Of a stretch of DNA of 64,000 nt, positions 1 to 16,559 are shown one piece after another (positions within the stretch are counted from its first letter, which is position 1; each line of letters opens with the position of its first letter). This DNA is from Octopus vulgaris. Lineage: Eukaryota. Under the pieces are notes generated by a model. It was not told where the DNA came from, did not search any database, and saw nothing but the letters and a program-made list of their open reading frames with translations. The translations under genes and the position numbers were made by a program. Location of the stretch: positions 80,600,001 to 80,664,000 of the forward strand of contig OX597815.1 of assembly GCA_951406725.2 (NCBI GenBank). The letters run 5' to 3'.

Positions 1-500
1 GTGTTGTATGCCCTGTACTCTATTTTTTCGTTGTTTAAGAAAAATGTCCATTTCCTTGGTTTTGTATTTATGTTTTCGTTTCTCATTGTGTTCGACGTTT
101 TTTTTTTTTGGTGTCCTGTACCCATATATGCATGTATATATACATGTAGATGTAGGTACGTACATATATGTATGTATATATGCATATATTTTATTTATTA
201 CTTTGTTATTATATATATATATATATTTGTAAGATAAAATGGTTTCAAACCGCAAAAAGAAGAAAATGATCTGAGAACGTTACCGTGGGTAAAAACTTGA
301 AAGTATTCACGCATTCATCAAAATATAAAATATGTCACCGTTTTCAGTCGCTTAACAAGAGGATTCAATCATGCTTTAAATAAAAGGAAAATAAATCGAT
401 ATAAGTTAAATCAATCTTTCATGATATCAACTCTGGCATTTCACGTTTTTCTTACAAAAATCACGTGGTTTTATTCCTCTTTCTAACTGTTGCTGGTTTG

Positions 501-524
501 TAGTAGTTGTAGTAGTAGTAGTAA

Positions 525-557
<33 letters not shown>

Positions 558-563
558 ATATAA

Positions 564-608
<45 letters not shown>

Positions 609-618
609 ATATGGTAGC

Positions 619-656
<38 letters not shown>

Positions 657-662
657 CAATAG
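501..662. repeat. (AGT)n microsatellite
   Basis: Long tagtagtag run; explains the poly-Ser ORF 490-702. Confidence 0.95.
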
Positions 663-789
663 TAGCTGCAGCAGTGACAGTAATAGGAAGATTTGCTTTT
701 AGTAGTGGCTGTTGCAGTCGATAGTTGTCTCCCTTACTATTCGATAGATATTTAAAGGCAGTCGATATTTGATTTTGAAAGTCGTTTCT

Positions 790-1500
790 TTGTTGATACG
801 TTGTTGTGCTGTGTAATAGCTGAACTGATTAAGGAGAAAACTATATAAGCTGGTTGTTTCTTATCTCCACATATGTCCTGTATGTTCAATTTCTCTGCAT
901 TCCCGTATTATAATTCATGATTTATGCAGTCATGTATAATCTTAGGGACCCTTTGGTTTGTTCTATATTATGCTCTTAACATATTTAGCATATAACTGCT
1001 TAGATTAGGCTTTCAGACGCACAAGTAAAGTTATTTTTTGTGAAGACTTGTCCTTGTTTAAAATGGATTGATGTTCCTTCTGTCAAATTAAAAGATATAT
1101 TACAATTGAAATTTTCGCATTGTTTTAATTTGTTCTGCTGTAATTACGTCTAGTTTGGCCTTTGTTAGTAATATTTCATTGATTTTGGTTGTATTTTACT
1201 CTTTACGATGATATGTATTTGGTGGATTTGGTTCATCCTGAGGTCCTTTTCGAGAGTCGGTATATTTTGGAATATGATGTTGTAAGCTCCACCGTTTGTG
1301 GGTTTGTAGCTGGAAATGTGAGATAGAAAATTCAGTTCCGACATGTTTCTTTGTTTACCTTAGTTCTTGGATATTGAATTACTTGGCTCATTGTATTTAA
1401 TTATCTATTGAAGAATTTTAAGGAATATGCCTGTATGTATGCATAGAATCAAGCGGTTTATTAAACATATGCCAATATAATTAGGTTTGCAGTTAGATCT
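790..1500 (-). mobile_element. Decayed Penelope-like element, linker and GIY-YIG endonuclease region
   Basis: Minus-strand translation with stops and frameshifts: ...IIVKSKIQPKS..LLTKAKL..KQCENFNCNISFNLTEGTSIHFKQGQVFTKNNFTCASESLI*AVIC.. This parallels the PLE copies at 35.2 and 58.6 kb. Confidence 0.75.
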
Positions 1501-2796
1501 CGACAGAGCAGAATTATGTGAAAGTTTTGTATGAATTTGATGTACTCCCTACTTCTATATGTATCACACAACGAGAAAGACTCTACTCACTTGTTCAACA
1601 TTCTATAAAATACAATAAAGTCTTTATCTCCCACATTAGGCACTATTTGTATAATATACAAATATACAAATAGAAGCAATAGTCACGCCATTATTCATAC
1701 CTAGTCCCTCTAAACAAATATTTTCATGTCACATGCACGATGGGAACTGTTCCGGAATAGACTAGAAAGAGTGAAATTCTTTCTGAAACGTACTTTAAAT
1801 GTTTGTCCACAAATGTGACTTGCAGTAAGGAAATAAGAAATAAATAAAAAGATACGCGTACACATGAATAAACCATAATTTAAAATACTACGACACCAAA
1901 TTCATTTCACAGATATTTTAAGATACAACACCATAAAATCGCACATATATTACTGTAAGAACCAAATGCATTCTAGTTTTAGTATGGATGCATACGCCTT
2001 CAAAATATTCATAAAGCAACGCAGCATGTAATATTCTTAAGCATTAGTTATATATAAGAATATATTACAAAGAGCTAGGATCAAAAGCTTTCTCATCAAC
2101 ATGAAACCACAAACCACCCAGACACAGGACGTGCTGCAGACATCCAAGTAGTATGCGTATTTCAAAGAAAACGTGCAATTTGTAGCTTTGGCGATTTGTT
2201 CTTTTACATAAGATGCACAAGTGCAACATTTTCTCATTAGTTAATTATTCCTTTTCAAGGAAACTTTAAACATATTGCAGTGCAAGACACACACACACAA
2301 AAAGAAAGAAGCTAGATACAAAAAACATTAGCTAACATCCTATATAGTATTTCACATACACGCAAGAAGAAAAACGGGAAAAGCAAAATATAGGCAAAAG
2401 TCAACATATGCAACACGTGAAATAAAACCATGAAAGTAACTTGGAGTTTGCAGTAAAAACAATTTAAAATCCGGTGGTGGTTTTAAAGCTATGCTATTCT
2501 TCCTGCCGATTATAATAATCGCAGAAGTAATAGCGTCATCATCACCATAACCACTTCATTTAAAAGATAAAACCATAAAATGCCTAGGCACGTTAGTATG
2601 CTTAGAAAGATTATTGTTCCACGTATACATAAAACACTGCAGAGTAATATGAATATATACCTTTATACTCTTATACTTGTTTCAATCACTTGACTGTGGC
2701 CATGCTGGAGCACCGCCTCTAGTCGAACAAATCGACCCCAGGAGAAGTAAAGAAGTTGTCCCAGTATTGCTGCAGTCTATTCTGTGTGTGTACATA

Positions 2797-3221
2797 TCTC
2801 TTTTACTCATTTACTCTTTTACTTGTTTCAGTCATTTGATTGTAGCCATACTGGAGCACGGCCTTTAAACGAGCAAATCGATCCCAGGACTTATTCTTTG
2901 TAAGCCTTGTACTTATTCTATCGATCTCCTTTGCCGTAGTGCTAAGTTACGGGGAGGTAAACACACCAGCATCGGTTGTCAAGCGATGTTGGGGGGGGGG
3001 ACAAACACAGACACACAAACATATGCACACACATACATATATATAAATACATATATACGACGGGCTTCTTTCAGTTTCCGTCTACCAAATCCACTCACAA
3101 GACTTTGGTCGGCCCGAGGCTATAGTAGAAGACACTTAGCCAAGGTGCCACACAGTGGGACTGAACCCGAAACCATGTGGTTGGTAAGCAAGCTACTTAC
3201 CACATAGCCACTCCTACGTCT
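2797..3221 (-). mobile_element. tRNA-derived SINE, family K-type (CORE-like middle, internal microsatellite)
   Basis: Minus strand has A box TGGCTATGTGG, B box GGTTCAGTCCC, 'ccttggctaagtgtcttc' and 3' end 'gactgaaacaagtaaaaga'. Several copies occur in the window. Confidence 0.9.
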
Positions 3222-3240
3222 ATGTATAAATAATATAATC

Positions 3241-3361
3241 ACATGGTTCTGTGTTCAATCCCACATCAAGACCTCTTGGGCAAGTGTCTTCTACTATTGC
3301 CTCGGGCCGGCCAAAGCCTTGTGAGTGGATGTGGTAGACGGAAACTGAAAGAATCCCGTTG

Positions 3362-3438
<77 letters not shown>

Positions 3439-3628
3439 CTGTATGTCTGTATGTCTGTGTCCTCTACCACTGTTTGACAACCGGTGTTGGCGTGTTAACG
3501 TTCCCAGAATCTAACGGTGCGGCTAAAGACCGATAGAATACGTACCAGGCTTGAAAAATTAAATACTTCATGGTGGTGCCCCAGCAAGGCCAAAAGTTTA
3601 ATGATTGAAACAAGTAAAATATAAAAGA
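3241..3628 (+). mobile_element. tRNA-derived SINE, family K-type, 5'-clipped, head-to-head with the previous copy
   Basis: GTTCAATCCC B box, 'cttgggcaagtgtcttctactattgcctcggg', internal (GT)n, ends 'gaaacaagtaaaatataaaaga'. Confidence 0.85.
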
Positions 3629-3795
3629 TCAAATAGTTTTAGAAAGAAATCCCTGAAAGATCGGATCGTCGTGGTTGGGATTGGGTCTTATAATAGTCTT
3701 GCTCAAACATGATCAGCCTAGAGTTAAACCACAGCAATTAAGATATATATATATATATATATATATCCAACATGTCGAGAACACATACACAAAGC

Positions 3796-3942
3796 GGCGA
3801 AGGTAAACAATATGCAGACCACCTGTTTTCGGCATTTAGGATTAGGGTTAAGTTTAGGGTTAGGGTTAGGTCTAGGGTTGTGTTTAGAGTTAGAGTTAGG
3901 GTACGCCGAAAATGAGTGGTGCACATATTATTTACCTCCACC
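3796..3942. mobile_element. 147-bp MITE with 38-bp imperfect TIRs, 8-bp TSD and internal degenerate (TTAGGG)n
   Basis: TIRs at 3796-3833 and 3905-3942 match 29/38 by eye and both start GG. Direct repeat CACAAAGC at 3788-3795 and 3943-3950. The interior is TTAGGG variants. Confidence 0.8.
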
Positions 3943-4135
3943 CACAAAGCATGCACTGATTATGTCACAAGCCAACGAGGAAGCCTTTAAGCTATCACTA
4001 GACATTTCTAGAAATAACAAGCAATCCTCTCCCAAATCATGTTCCACTGTCTTTATACGGTGAGATTACATTAGATAAACTAAAGTCAGATTGTGCAACA
4101 ACAATAAAAATGGCATGGCCAAAGATGGAATAATT

Positions 4136-4198
<63 letters not shown>

Positions 4199-4476
4199 CA
4201 CTACTACTACTACATCATCATCCTCATCATCATCATCATCATCATTATAAATCATTAGTTTTTACCATTTTTATTTCTACCCGAAAACCAGCGGCAGCTC
4301 TTCGTCTAAATAAATCTCCAAGCCAGGAGTGCAACAACCACATTCGCATGCACGTATAGCAACTACCATTCTCCAACACTTACACTTCTTTGCAACCACC
4401 ACCACCACCACCACCACCACCACCACCACCACCACCACCACCACCACCACCACCACCACCACCACCACCACTACCA
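4136..4476. repeat. (TAC)n/(CAT)n and (CAC)n microsatellites
   Basis: Visible triplet runs at 4136-4245 and 4394-4476. Confidence 0.95.
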
Positions 4477-5125
4477 TATTGCTCTCATTATCACCAATAT
4501 TAATAGTGACACCGTCTGCAATAGATCTAATAGTTGTTTACTATTGGCAGTGACACCCTCAACAAAAGTAACATCCCCCAACAACTATGCCAAAAATAAC
4601 AACAATACTAACAGTTATAACAACAACAGTAACTAAAAAATCTATAAAAAATGGTATAAAAAGAAAACAAATCGCACAAACATCACACATATGTAAATGG
4701 AAGAGCAGAGGTGCAAGTGAAAGACAGTAGGATGGAGAAAAAAAAAAGAGGTGGCTGGAAAGGGGGAGGAGAAGTGGTAGGGGTGGTGAAAAAGGAAGTA
4801 AGTCACAAGGGCTTGAAGGGGCGGGATGGCTATGAAATAGACATACACGTTCATTATATACAACCGAAGATTCAATGGGAATGCAGCATCCTTTCCATCC
4901 TGTACTCAAAACACTACATATACATTTGTTATGACCTAGATAGTAGTGTATGTAAATGTTGTGTGTGTGTACGTGTGTGTACGTGTGTGTGTGTGTGTGA
5001 GTGTGTGTGTGTGAGTGTGTGTGTGTGTGTGAGTGTGTGTGTGTGTGTGTATGTGTGTGAACCTAATTTAGCAGCCAATATTTGTGCTGTTACTCGGAGT
5101 TCTATCGTTTCTTCCGGCTAATATA

Positions 5126-5289
5126 CCGTATTTTGACGTCTATAAGGAACCCTTGTTTGTCGAAAATTAGGTTAAAAAATATGGGAGTTTCTTATACATG
5201 GATAGTATTTTAATCCCTTACAAAACCTTTTTTTTTCCAAATTTTAAGCCCCAAAAGTTAGGTGGTTCCTTATACACGTTAAAATACGG
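5126..5289. mobile_element. Tc1/mariner-type MITE
   Basis: TIR CCGTATTTTGACGTCTATAAGGAACC (5126-5151) vs 5264-5289, 24/26 match; flanked by TA on both sides. Confidence 0.85.
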
Positions 5290-5553
5290 TATATCTAGGG
5301 AAACGGGTTTTATGGCTAGCGTGTATCTTGTGTGTGCTTGTTTGAGTATGTGTGAGAGAAAGAAAGCGAGGGAGAAAGAAAGACAGAGTTCTGGTTTGTA
5401 GTTTTTAACTTACATCGTGTTCCGTATTTTGTGAAGGAGTTTATCAGAGACTCAGTAAGTATTTAGTCTATATGAACGATGTACTAATGTGATAAAGTAA
5501 AGAAGTTATCCCAATATTGCTGCAGTCTATTTTATGTGTGTGTGTGTACATAT

Positions 5554-8970
<3,417 letters not shown>

Positions 8971-9485
8971 GAGGAAAACAATTTAAGAAGAACCAGATGG
9001 AAAACTTAAAGCGAGGATGGTAGAAGCACCAGTGACACTGGGAAAAAAATGAGCCGAAAAAAAGAACTAAAAATGGTAAAAAAAAAACAACAACAACAAC
9101 AACAGAAGAGCATGACAACAACAACAACAACAGAAATAGCAACCACCAAACAACAAAACCAGCAACTAAATATGAACTTCCCTTCACTTCTCACTAAACA
9201 GCGTCCCAATACCCGGCCAACATCAACCCACTCCGTAACATCTTACCGTTAGCTCTCGTCTCTCGGAACGATGTATGTTTAGATTTCTACTATAATCTGT
9301 TGCAGATTGCTGGGAAATGGATAGTTAACCATTTTTACATTCGTATATCACGCTGCTAAGGGTAGTCGAGTGTGTGCTGGGGATACTGATACTGTATGAA
9401 CGTGCGTCTTTGTGTGTGTGAGTGTGAAAAAATAGATAGCTAAATATATATTATTGGCACACACACACACGCATATATATATATA

Positions 9486-9534
<49 letters not shown>

Positions 9535-9697
9535 TTTTATTCTTTTATTCTTTCAGCCATGCAGTCGTAGTCATGCTGGAGCAACATATATATATATATA
9601 TGCATATATTTATGCGAAACAATATATATGCATGTAGATATATATATCGATATATATATATATATATGTACATATATATACATACTTACATACATAC

Positions 9698-9770
<73 letters not shown>

Positions 9771-9772
<2 letters not shown>

Positions 9773-9939
9773 TAGTTGAATGAATTATCTTAGTATGGAT
9801 AATTCGGTTAACTGATACCTGGGTAGCAAATTCACGTCAGAAAAACACGGTTGAAGCTACATGAAGCTATATGCAGCGTTCGAAACATATGTCGAGAATA
9901 AAGGAATTTTGTTAAATCGTCGTTCAACTCCATTCTTTC

Positions 9940-9943
<4 letters not shown>
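9771..9943 (+). mobile_element. PLE pseudo-LTR fragment with the 3' half of a hammerhead motif
   Basis: GAAAC-ATAT-GTC (9882-9893; palindromic ACATATGT) followed by AATAAA; flanked by (AT)n. The CUGANGA core is not intact. Confidence 0.5.
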
Positions 9944-10020
<77 letters not shown>

Positions 10021-10026
<6 letters not shown>

Positions 10027-10132
10027 TAATCCAAACAAGAAAACACAGAAAAAAAGGAAAAAAGAGAAAAAACACAGCAACGCAGGACGTGGAACAATTA
10101 AAGTATTATTGAGGCTCAGGAAAGAAGGGAAG

Positions 10133-10135
<3 letters not shown>
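10021..10135 (-). mobile_element. PLE pseudo-LTR 3' fragment (same family as 54481-54720)
   Basis: 'ttaatccaaacaagaaaacac...ggacgtggaacaa..agtattattg..gctcaggaaagaagg' is shared; flanked by (AT)n. Confidence 0.7.
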
Positions 10136-10207
<72 letters not shown>

Positions 10208-10439
10208 CATGTATGTATATATACATGCATAAATGGAATCACTTATTGTATGGTTATGGTAGCAAATCTAAACTAAAAAAGAAAAACATTGGCTCACCAT
10301 TTTAGCAAGGGTGTAACTGTTATGCCGTGCTCTCTCACACACTGACACACACACACACACACACACATAACTGACTTAACATGGATGCCTTGTTAGGACA
10401 CTGGATCCTGCGTTGTTAGCCTTGAGAGATCTCATTTAG

Positions 10440-11167
10440 GTACATGTTGCAGAAAAGCATACACATAGATCTTAGCGAACGGGAATCGTCTTTCATAGGC
10501 ACCGCGGCTTCCATAGCACTTGATTTCATTATATGGATATATCATTCTATGGGAACGACAGACACAGAGGTCTATGAGCCGTGGAACAAAAATTTAAATC
10601 CTCCTATGACAACCATCATTCAAACTTTAGACATCGTGATAAAAGACTTCAACTACCCATTCGGCTTAAGTCCGGAAACTTAAAGAGGAGGGGACCAACT
10701 GCTGCATGAAATGGAATATCCTTTCAGAAACCAAACCCTATATTAACGGGTCCAAAAGATGTTCAATATGTTCTCTTCAAAATCTATATGTCTTAAAAGA
10801 ATTTGAGAGCCTCCAACAACAACGTAAATTTCAGGGGACGAGATTTTTTCTATGCGTCCACAATTTAAGAAATACATTTTAGCGGAATTCAAAAATGGGG
10901 CAACAGAAACATTGTAAAACAGTTGTACCTTGTTTATATCTTTTTGACATTTGTTTACTGTAATGTTGGTTATCTCCCTTGTGATTTTCTTTTTGTTTTC
11001 TTTATGAGCGTTCTTAGATCAAACGTCATCTGCTTATAAGGCAACTGACAAACAGACTTGTGGTTTTTATCATAACATAATCTTATATATATATATATAT
11101 ATATATATATCGTGTGTGTGGTAAAGCCAACAAGTAGAATAGAACTCGATCAGAGAGTTAAGATTAT
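10440..11167 (+). mobile_element. Decayed Penelope-like C-terminus plus pseudo-LTR
   Basis: Frame at about 10700-10800 reads MKWNILSETKPYINGSKRCSICSLQNLYVL, typical of a PLE C-terminus. It is followed by a repeat (about 10940-11085) shared with 15825-16080. Confidence 0.65.
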
Positions 11168-11175
11168 ATATATAT

Positions 11176-12925
11176 ACTAGCATTATGGCCCGTCGTTGCC
11201 GGGTCATATTGCTAGTGCATGTATATATGTGTATATATATGTGCACATATTACATGCACATCTATATATATATATACATCTACACATAAAATACAAGATA
11301 CAAAGTTATATCTTGATATCGCTATTGATAACAATACTCAAAATATATAACAGACTGGAATTGTAGGCCCGTCTCTTGCAATTTCGATCAATTGTATCTC
11401 GTCCTCCCTCTTGTATAGAAGTGTGGCTACATCCAGCCTACCTCTACTTCTCTGGGGACATTTCTAATTTGGTAATAAAGGTAAAAATAAAATATTTCCA
11501 CTTTGCAAGGTTCGAGTTGACTCGAACCTTGCTTCTTTTGTGGCGAATTTACCGCCTCTGGTTAGATATTTGATATCTTTCATAGTTGCACCAAGACACT
11601 TTTCGATGGTGCTTTCCTCCAGGTGTTCAAATCTTTTTTTCTCTACATTGTATACTTTATAAACAATAGTCTTTTCTTTAATTTAATTTTTTTTTTTTCG
11701 TTTGATGGTGTTATCCTAGATTCACCGTCTTTGTCGGTGATCAATCTGAAATAGGTTTGTATTTCTTCCATTTTGATTTTAATGAATTCGCGCCCGCCGA
11801 CGGCTGCAGCAAAATTCAATTTGAGACTTTTTTCTATCGAAGGCATTTTAACAAAAATGTTTCCACATAAACGGTGAAAATATTGTCAATTTCCCCAAAC
11901 AAGGACACAATTCAATTTTTAAACAATAACCAAAGCTCCTTCTCCCAAAGGGGGAGTGTTACGGTTTACAAATATTTAACAAATGCAACACAACAACGTT
12001 TCCCTTTCGAGGAACCAACAAACATGATAACAATAGTTAAACAGTAATAATAATAACATCAAACCTTACGGTGAATCAAAAAGCAGTACGCAGTTGAAGC
12101 TATAGTCCTTTATGTATAAGAAATAAACCAACAGCAGTACTCAGTAGAAGCGTCAGTTCGAGAAAACAGACATTACATACAGCCAAACTTCATATAGATA
12201 CTTAATGCTAGCTAATTAGCAGATAATCCAATGTAAAAGCCGTGGTAAAAGGTATGTGCACAGCTCCATTTGGACTATTCCGTTTCTGCACACTAATTTT
12301 ATTTTTAATTTATTCCCATTCATGTGAATCCACTTATTCAAGTTCAAGTCATTGATGCAATTTTATACCAATTGCTATTTTTACTTTTGTTATGTTACGA
12401 TTTAATTATTATATTATACTTTAGTTTGATTTTAATTATTACTTACTACATATAATTCAATTGTTATTATTATCTCTAATTTTTATTGTTAAAGTGAAAG
12501 TGTCTGACATAAAATAGAGAAATGTTTTTGTTTCACTTTTAACACGTAATACTGAAATAGTGGAGAAGATATGATATTGCTATAGGCTCGTCCTAGGCAA
12601 GAAGTTGAACATTTCTTTTTGCCCATGAAACTACATGGACTCTAAGTAAGGCATGTGTAAAATTTGAATAAAATTAGTTGTGTAGTTCTCAAGTTTTAGG
12701 GAATCATAGCGGAGAAGATATGATATTGCTGTGGGCTTGCCCTAGGCAAAAAGTTAAAAACTTTTTTGCCGATGACACTCCCCGGACCCTAAGTAAGGCA
12801 TGTGTAAAATTTAAATGAAATTGGTTGTGTAGTTCTCAAGTTTTAGGGAAACACACAGGCAGACAGACAGACAGACAAACAGACACACATTCTCAGTTAT
12901 ATATATATATGGATATATATATAGA
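11176..12925 (-). mobile_element. Non-autonomous Helitron (Lep1-like architecture)
   Basis: Minus strand starts TC-(TA)-rich followed by (CTGT)n at about 12860-12885. It has two ~149-bp tandem repeats and a 3' CCCG-gcaacga-CGGG hairpin followed by CTAG-T at 11176-11180. Confidence 0.7.
12557..12850. repeat. Two tandem ~149-bp repeats inside the Helitron
   Basis: 'atag(t/c)ggagaagatatgatattgct...tgtgtaaaattt..aaatt.gttgtgtagttctcaagttttagggaa' at 12557 and 12706. Confidence 0.9.
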
Positions 12926-13868
12926 GAGAGCAGCAAAAATATTCAGAAGCGAATATTTATATAGATATAAGTATTGTTATTATTATGGAAGATAATACAA
13001 ATAGTTGATAATGACAACAATATTATTATAGTTGGTTGCATGAAAGTGCTAATACGATTTTGTCTGGAGATCACGTTTTCAAAATTTTAATTTTATCCCA
13101 TCGTCACCGCAATTTCGTAACTAGTAACATTTTCGAAGTTTTAAAATCTTTTTGTTATCCACGTAGAAAAATACAGAAATTACGAATTTGGGAAATACAT
13201 ATATTTTTCATAGTATAATTGTTCTTAAAGAAACACTCAATGTCCCTTCTCCACCTCTCTCACGCAACACCTACCTGCTTTCGCTTTTATCTGATGTTTC
13301 CCGCATGCGTAGAATTCTACTGAAATAGCAAACTTGCAAGAAACAACAGGTAAACGACATTATTTCTGAAGAACCTCCCCCGCTTTCCAAAAAAGTTAAG
13401 AGTGAAACACTGGGAGTGTATAACCTTTTTTGACAGTGGTGACGTGATGGGTAAAATTCTTAAACATTCGCACTCTCTGTTTTTTCTCCATTCCATGGAT
13501 TACCAAGAAAAAATATTTGAAAGAAGTAAAACATGAACTTGGTGTGAAGAGGCAGAAAATTAAAATATTGAGAACGTGTTTTGTGGGTGAAATCCTAATG
13601 TCCTATATTGCAAACGTAGGAATCGGAAGAAATTAAGGAAAAAAATAAGGCAAGGGGGCGGAAATGTCACATGCTAGAAAGAAGAGGTAAAGGACAGGAC
13701 TTCTGGGAAAACTTTCTTTCAAGTTTATATCGAAGATCAGGTTTTTAAATACGCTTACCACAAATACAAATTACACAATAGAAAAATATCATTTCAATTG
13801 GATTTGAACTTTAAATTTGCCCGTGAACACTGCAAGAATTAACATAATTCGCACATAAATTTTACCTA

Positions 13869-13931
<63 letters not shown>

Positions 13932-14972
13932 AAAGAAAGATATTTTATGGCATTCTTTTGTTTGAAGAAACAAAGTTGTCAGCACGACATATATGGTATC
14001 ATATGATTGTTCGTTAAATTCCGTAAAATTCTTTTAATTTATTTATGCTTTCAAGAGTGCAGAAATTGAAAGAGAGGATAAAGAGAGAAGGCGACATCTG
14101 CTTTGAAGTGAGAGGAGAAAGTAAAAGAGAGGAGAAAATGAAAGATGTACATGTATATGAAATGGCCTTGTGTGTGTAAGAGAGAGCATTTCTTTATTGT
14201 AATACAATGTGACTAATTCGGAGAGATTTTACTTTCATTATTCGCACATCGTCAGTCTCGTAATCGAACACTGAAATTTTGGTTCAAATGGAAAGTGTGG
14301 AACTATTTTCACTTTCTAATGAAACCTGGTCGCTGTAACTTTCATATCAGCGCGTTCCATTATTAAAGGACGTACATATACTAAGACACACACACAAACA
14401 CACACACACATACACACATACACACATACATTAACGCACACCTCAAGCCTATCTCTGTCACTGTGTGTTTGTCTGTGTCTTAGATGTATGTGTGTGTGTG
14501 TGTCAGTCGTCACAAAAATGTATGTATACTTACAGGTACAAGCACCGTCAGACAGGTGTACTTGTCAGTCATCGGGCGAGCGTACGTAAGGAACGCACGA
14601 ACACACTCATATAGAAAATGTGACGTTATCGTACTTGTGGTGGTGGTGATAGTAAAAAATGTCGTTTACGATAGGTAATTAAAAGAAAAGTGATAATATT
14701 AAATTTTTGTAATGCAAATACGTGAATGAAAATATAGTTCAGTTGGTAGCCAAAAGCATACTGAATCTTTTGATACCCCATACGTTAAAATCGGCAACTC
14801 AGTTTTGGAATGCATAAGGAACATATGCACACACACACACACATACAAAATCACTTATGTATATATATATATATATGTTATATATATGTATATATGTATA
14901 TATATATATATACTTATATGTATGTATGTATATTTATATATATGTATATATGAATGTATATACATACATGTA

Positions 14973-15023
<51 letters not shown>

Positions 15024-15334
15024 GTATATATATATATATGTATGTAAATATATATATATGCATATTTATATATGCATGTATATATACCCCTCGTTCACAC
15101 ACATGCACATGCACACACACAAAATACACACGCACATACACACACATGTACACATGCACATACACTCACACGCACACACGTGTATATACACACGCCCACA
15201 CATATACTTCAAACTACCAGTACCTGCTACTGACCATTCTTCTACGAATATGTGTAGGTAGACAAACAACAGGCAGCCACTCCTACCAAAATCAATCCTA
15301 TGACGGATACCTCAATATGTGTACACTGTAATTA

Positions 15335-15359
15335 TGTGTGTGTGTGTGTGTGTGCGCGC

Positions 15360-15405
<46 letters not shown>
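15335..15405. repeat. (TG)n(CG)n(TG)n alternating purine-pyrimidine tract
   Basis: Visible; potentially Z-DNA forming. Confidence 0.85.
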
Positions 15406-15408
<3 letters not shown>

Positions 15409-15824
15409 AGTTTGCGCGCATTTGTGCTTTTATATAAGTGCAAGATGGCCGAATGCTTAAAACGTTCGGTTCACAAGTATTCGACCGTATGTCATTTTCT
15501 GCAACCCCAACTTTGTCAATAAGTTGTGCGTTAACGGGCTTCTTTGTAAGTGGACGGCAACAGTATAGAATCTCGTCAATTGGACTGTATCTTTTTTTGC
15601 CCAACATCACATAGATTATTCCTGAGAATTACTCTAACGATTGACGATTGACGTGTGTACAGAATGCTCAGCCGTTTGTACGTTGATTAAGGAGCAGGTT
15701 AATCAGTTGATCGAATGATAGTGATCGAACGATAGTGATCCACCATGTTATGTGTGTGTGTGTGCCTGTGTGTGTGTATTTCAATATTTTTGCGTTGGCA
15801 AACTTTATATCTTGTTTACGCCGT

Positions 15825-16083
15825 TTTGACATTTGTTTACTGCAATGTTGGTTATCTCCCTTGTGTTGTTGTTTTTTTGTCTTTTTCTTTATGAGCATTC
15901 TTAGTTGAAACGTCTGCTTATAAAGCAACTGACAAACAGACTTGTTCTCAGCTTGAAAATATATTATTATCTCGGCCAGGAAACCCTAGGTAGCTGTATT
16001 TAACAAGGCTTGTGGTTTTTATTTTAACGTAATCTTTACTCGCTGATCGAGTTCTATTCTGTTTGTTGAAGCCTTACTACAGA
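15825..16083 (+). mobile_element. PLE pseudo-LTR-like repeat with decayed hammerhead core
   Basis: Second copy of about 10940-11167; contains 'ctttatgagc..gttGAAACGTC'; ends in (AT)n. Confidence 0.6.
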
Positions 16084-16114
<31 letters not shown>

Positions 16115-16161
16115 TGTGTGTGCGTGTGTACGTGCATGTGTGTGTGTGTTATACATATATG

Positions 16162-16208
<47 letters not shown>

Positions 16209-16559
16209 GGTAGAAGTAAAAGTAAAGAGCACTCAATATGAGTAGTAGACTAAAACTATTTTTATTGATAAATATCATTACTTTTTCATTCCTGGAAGAT
16301 ACATGCGGAATAGAATCACATTTGGTGATATAACAACGAAAAACGTTTCGTAAAATGGTAATGCATTTATTTTGGGTTTTAAAAACTTTTTCTGTTCTCA
16401 TTTTCCGTTACATTCTTTGGTGTTATGTTTGTTGGAGATATGTACATGTTATGCCACCTCCTCTAACATCCGTGACTGTTGAAGTTGATCCTTCATCTAA
16501 TTAACGGATTGGACAGTCTATTTAAATGCGTTTATGTATGAGTAATGATACCTGTAATA

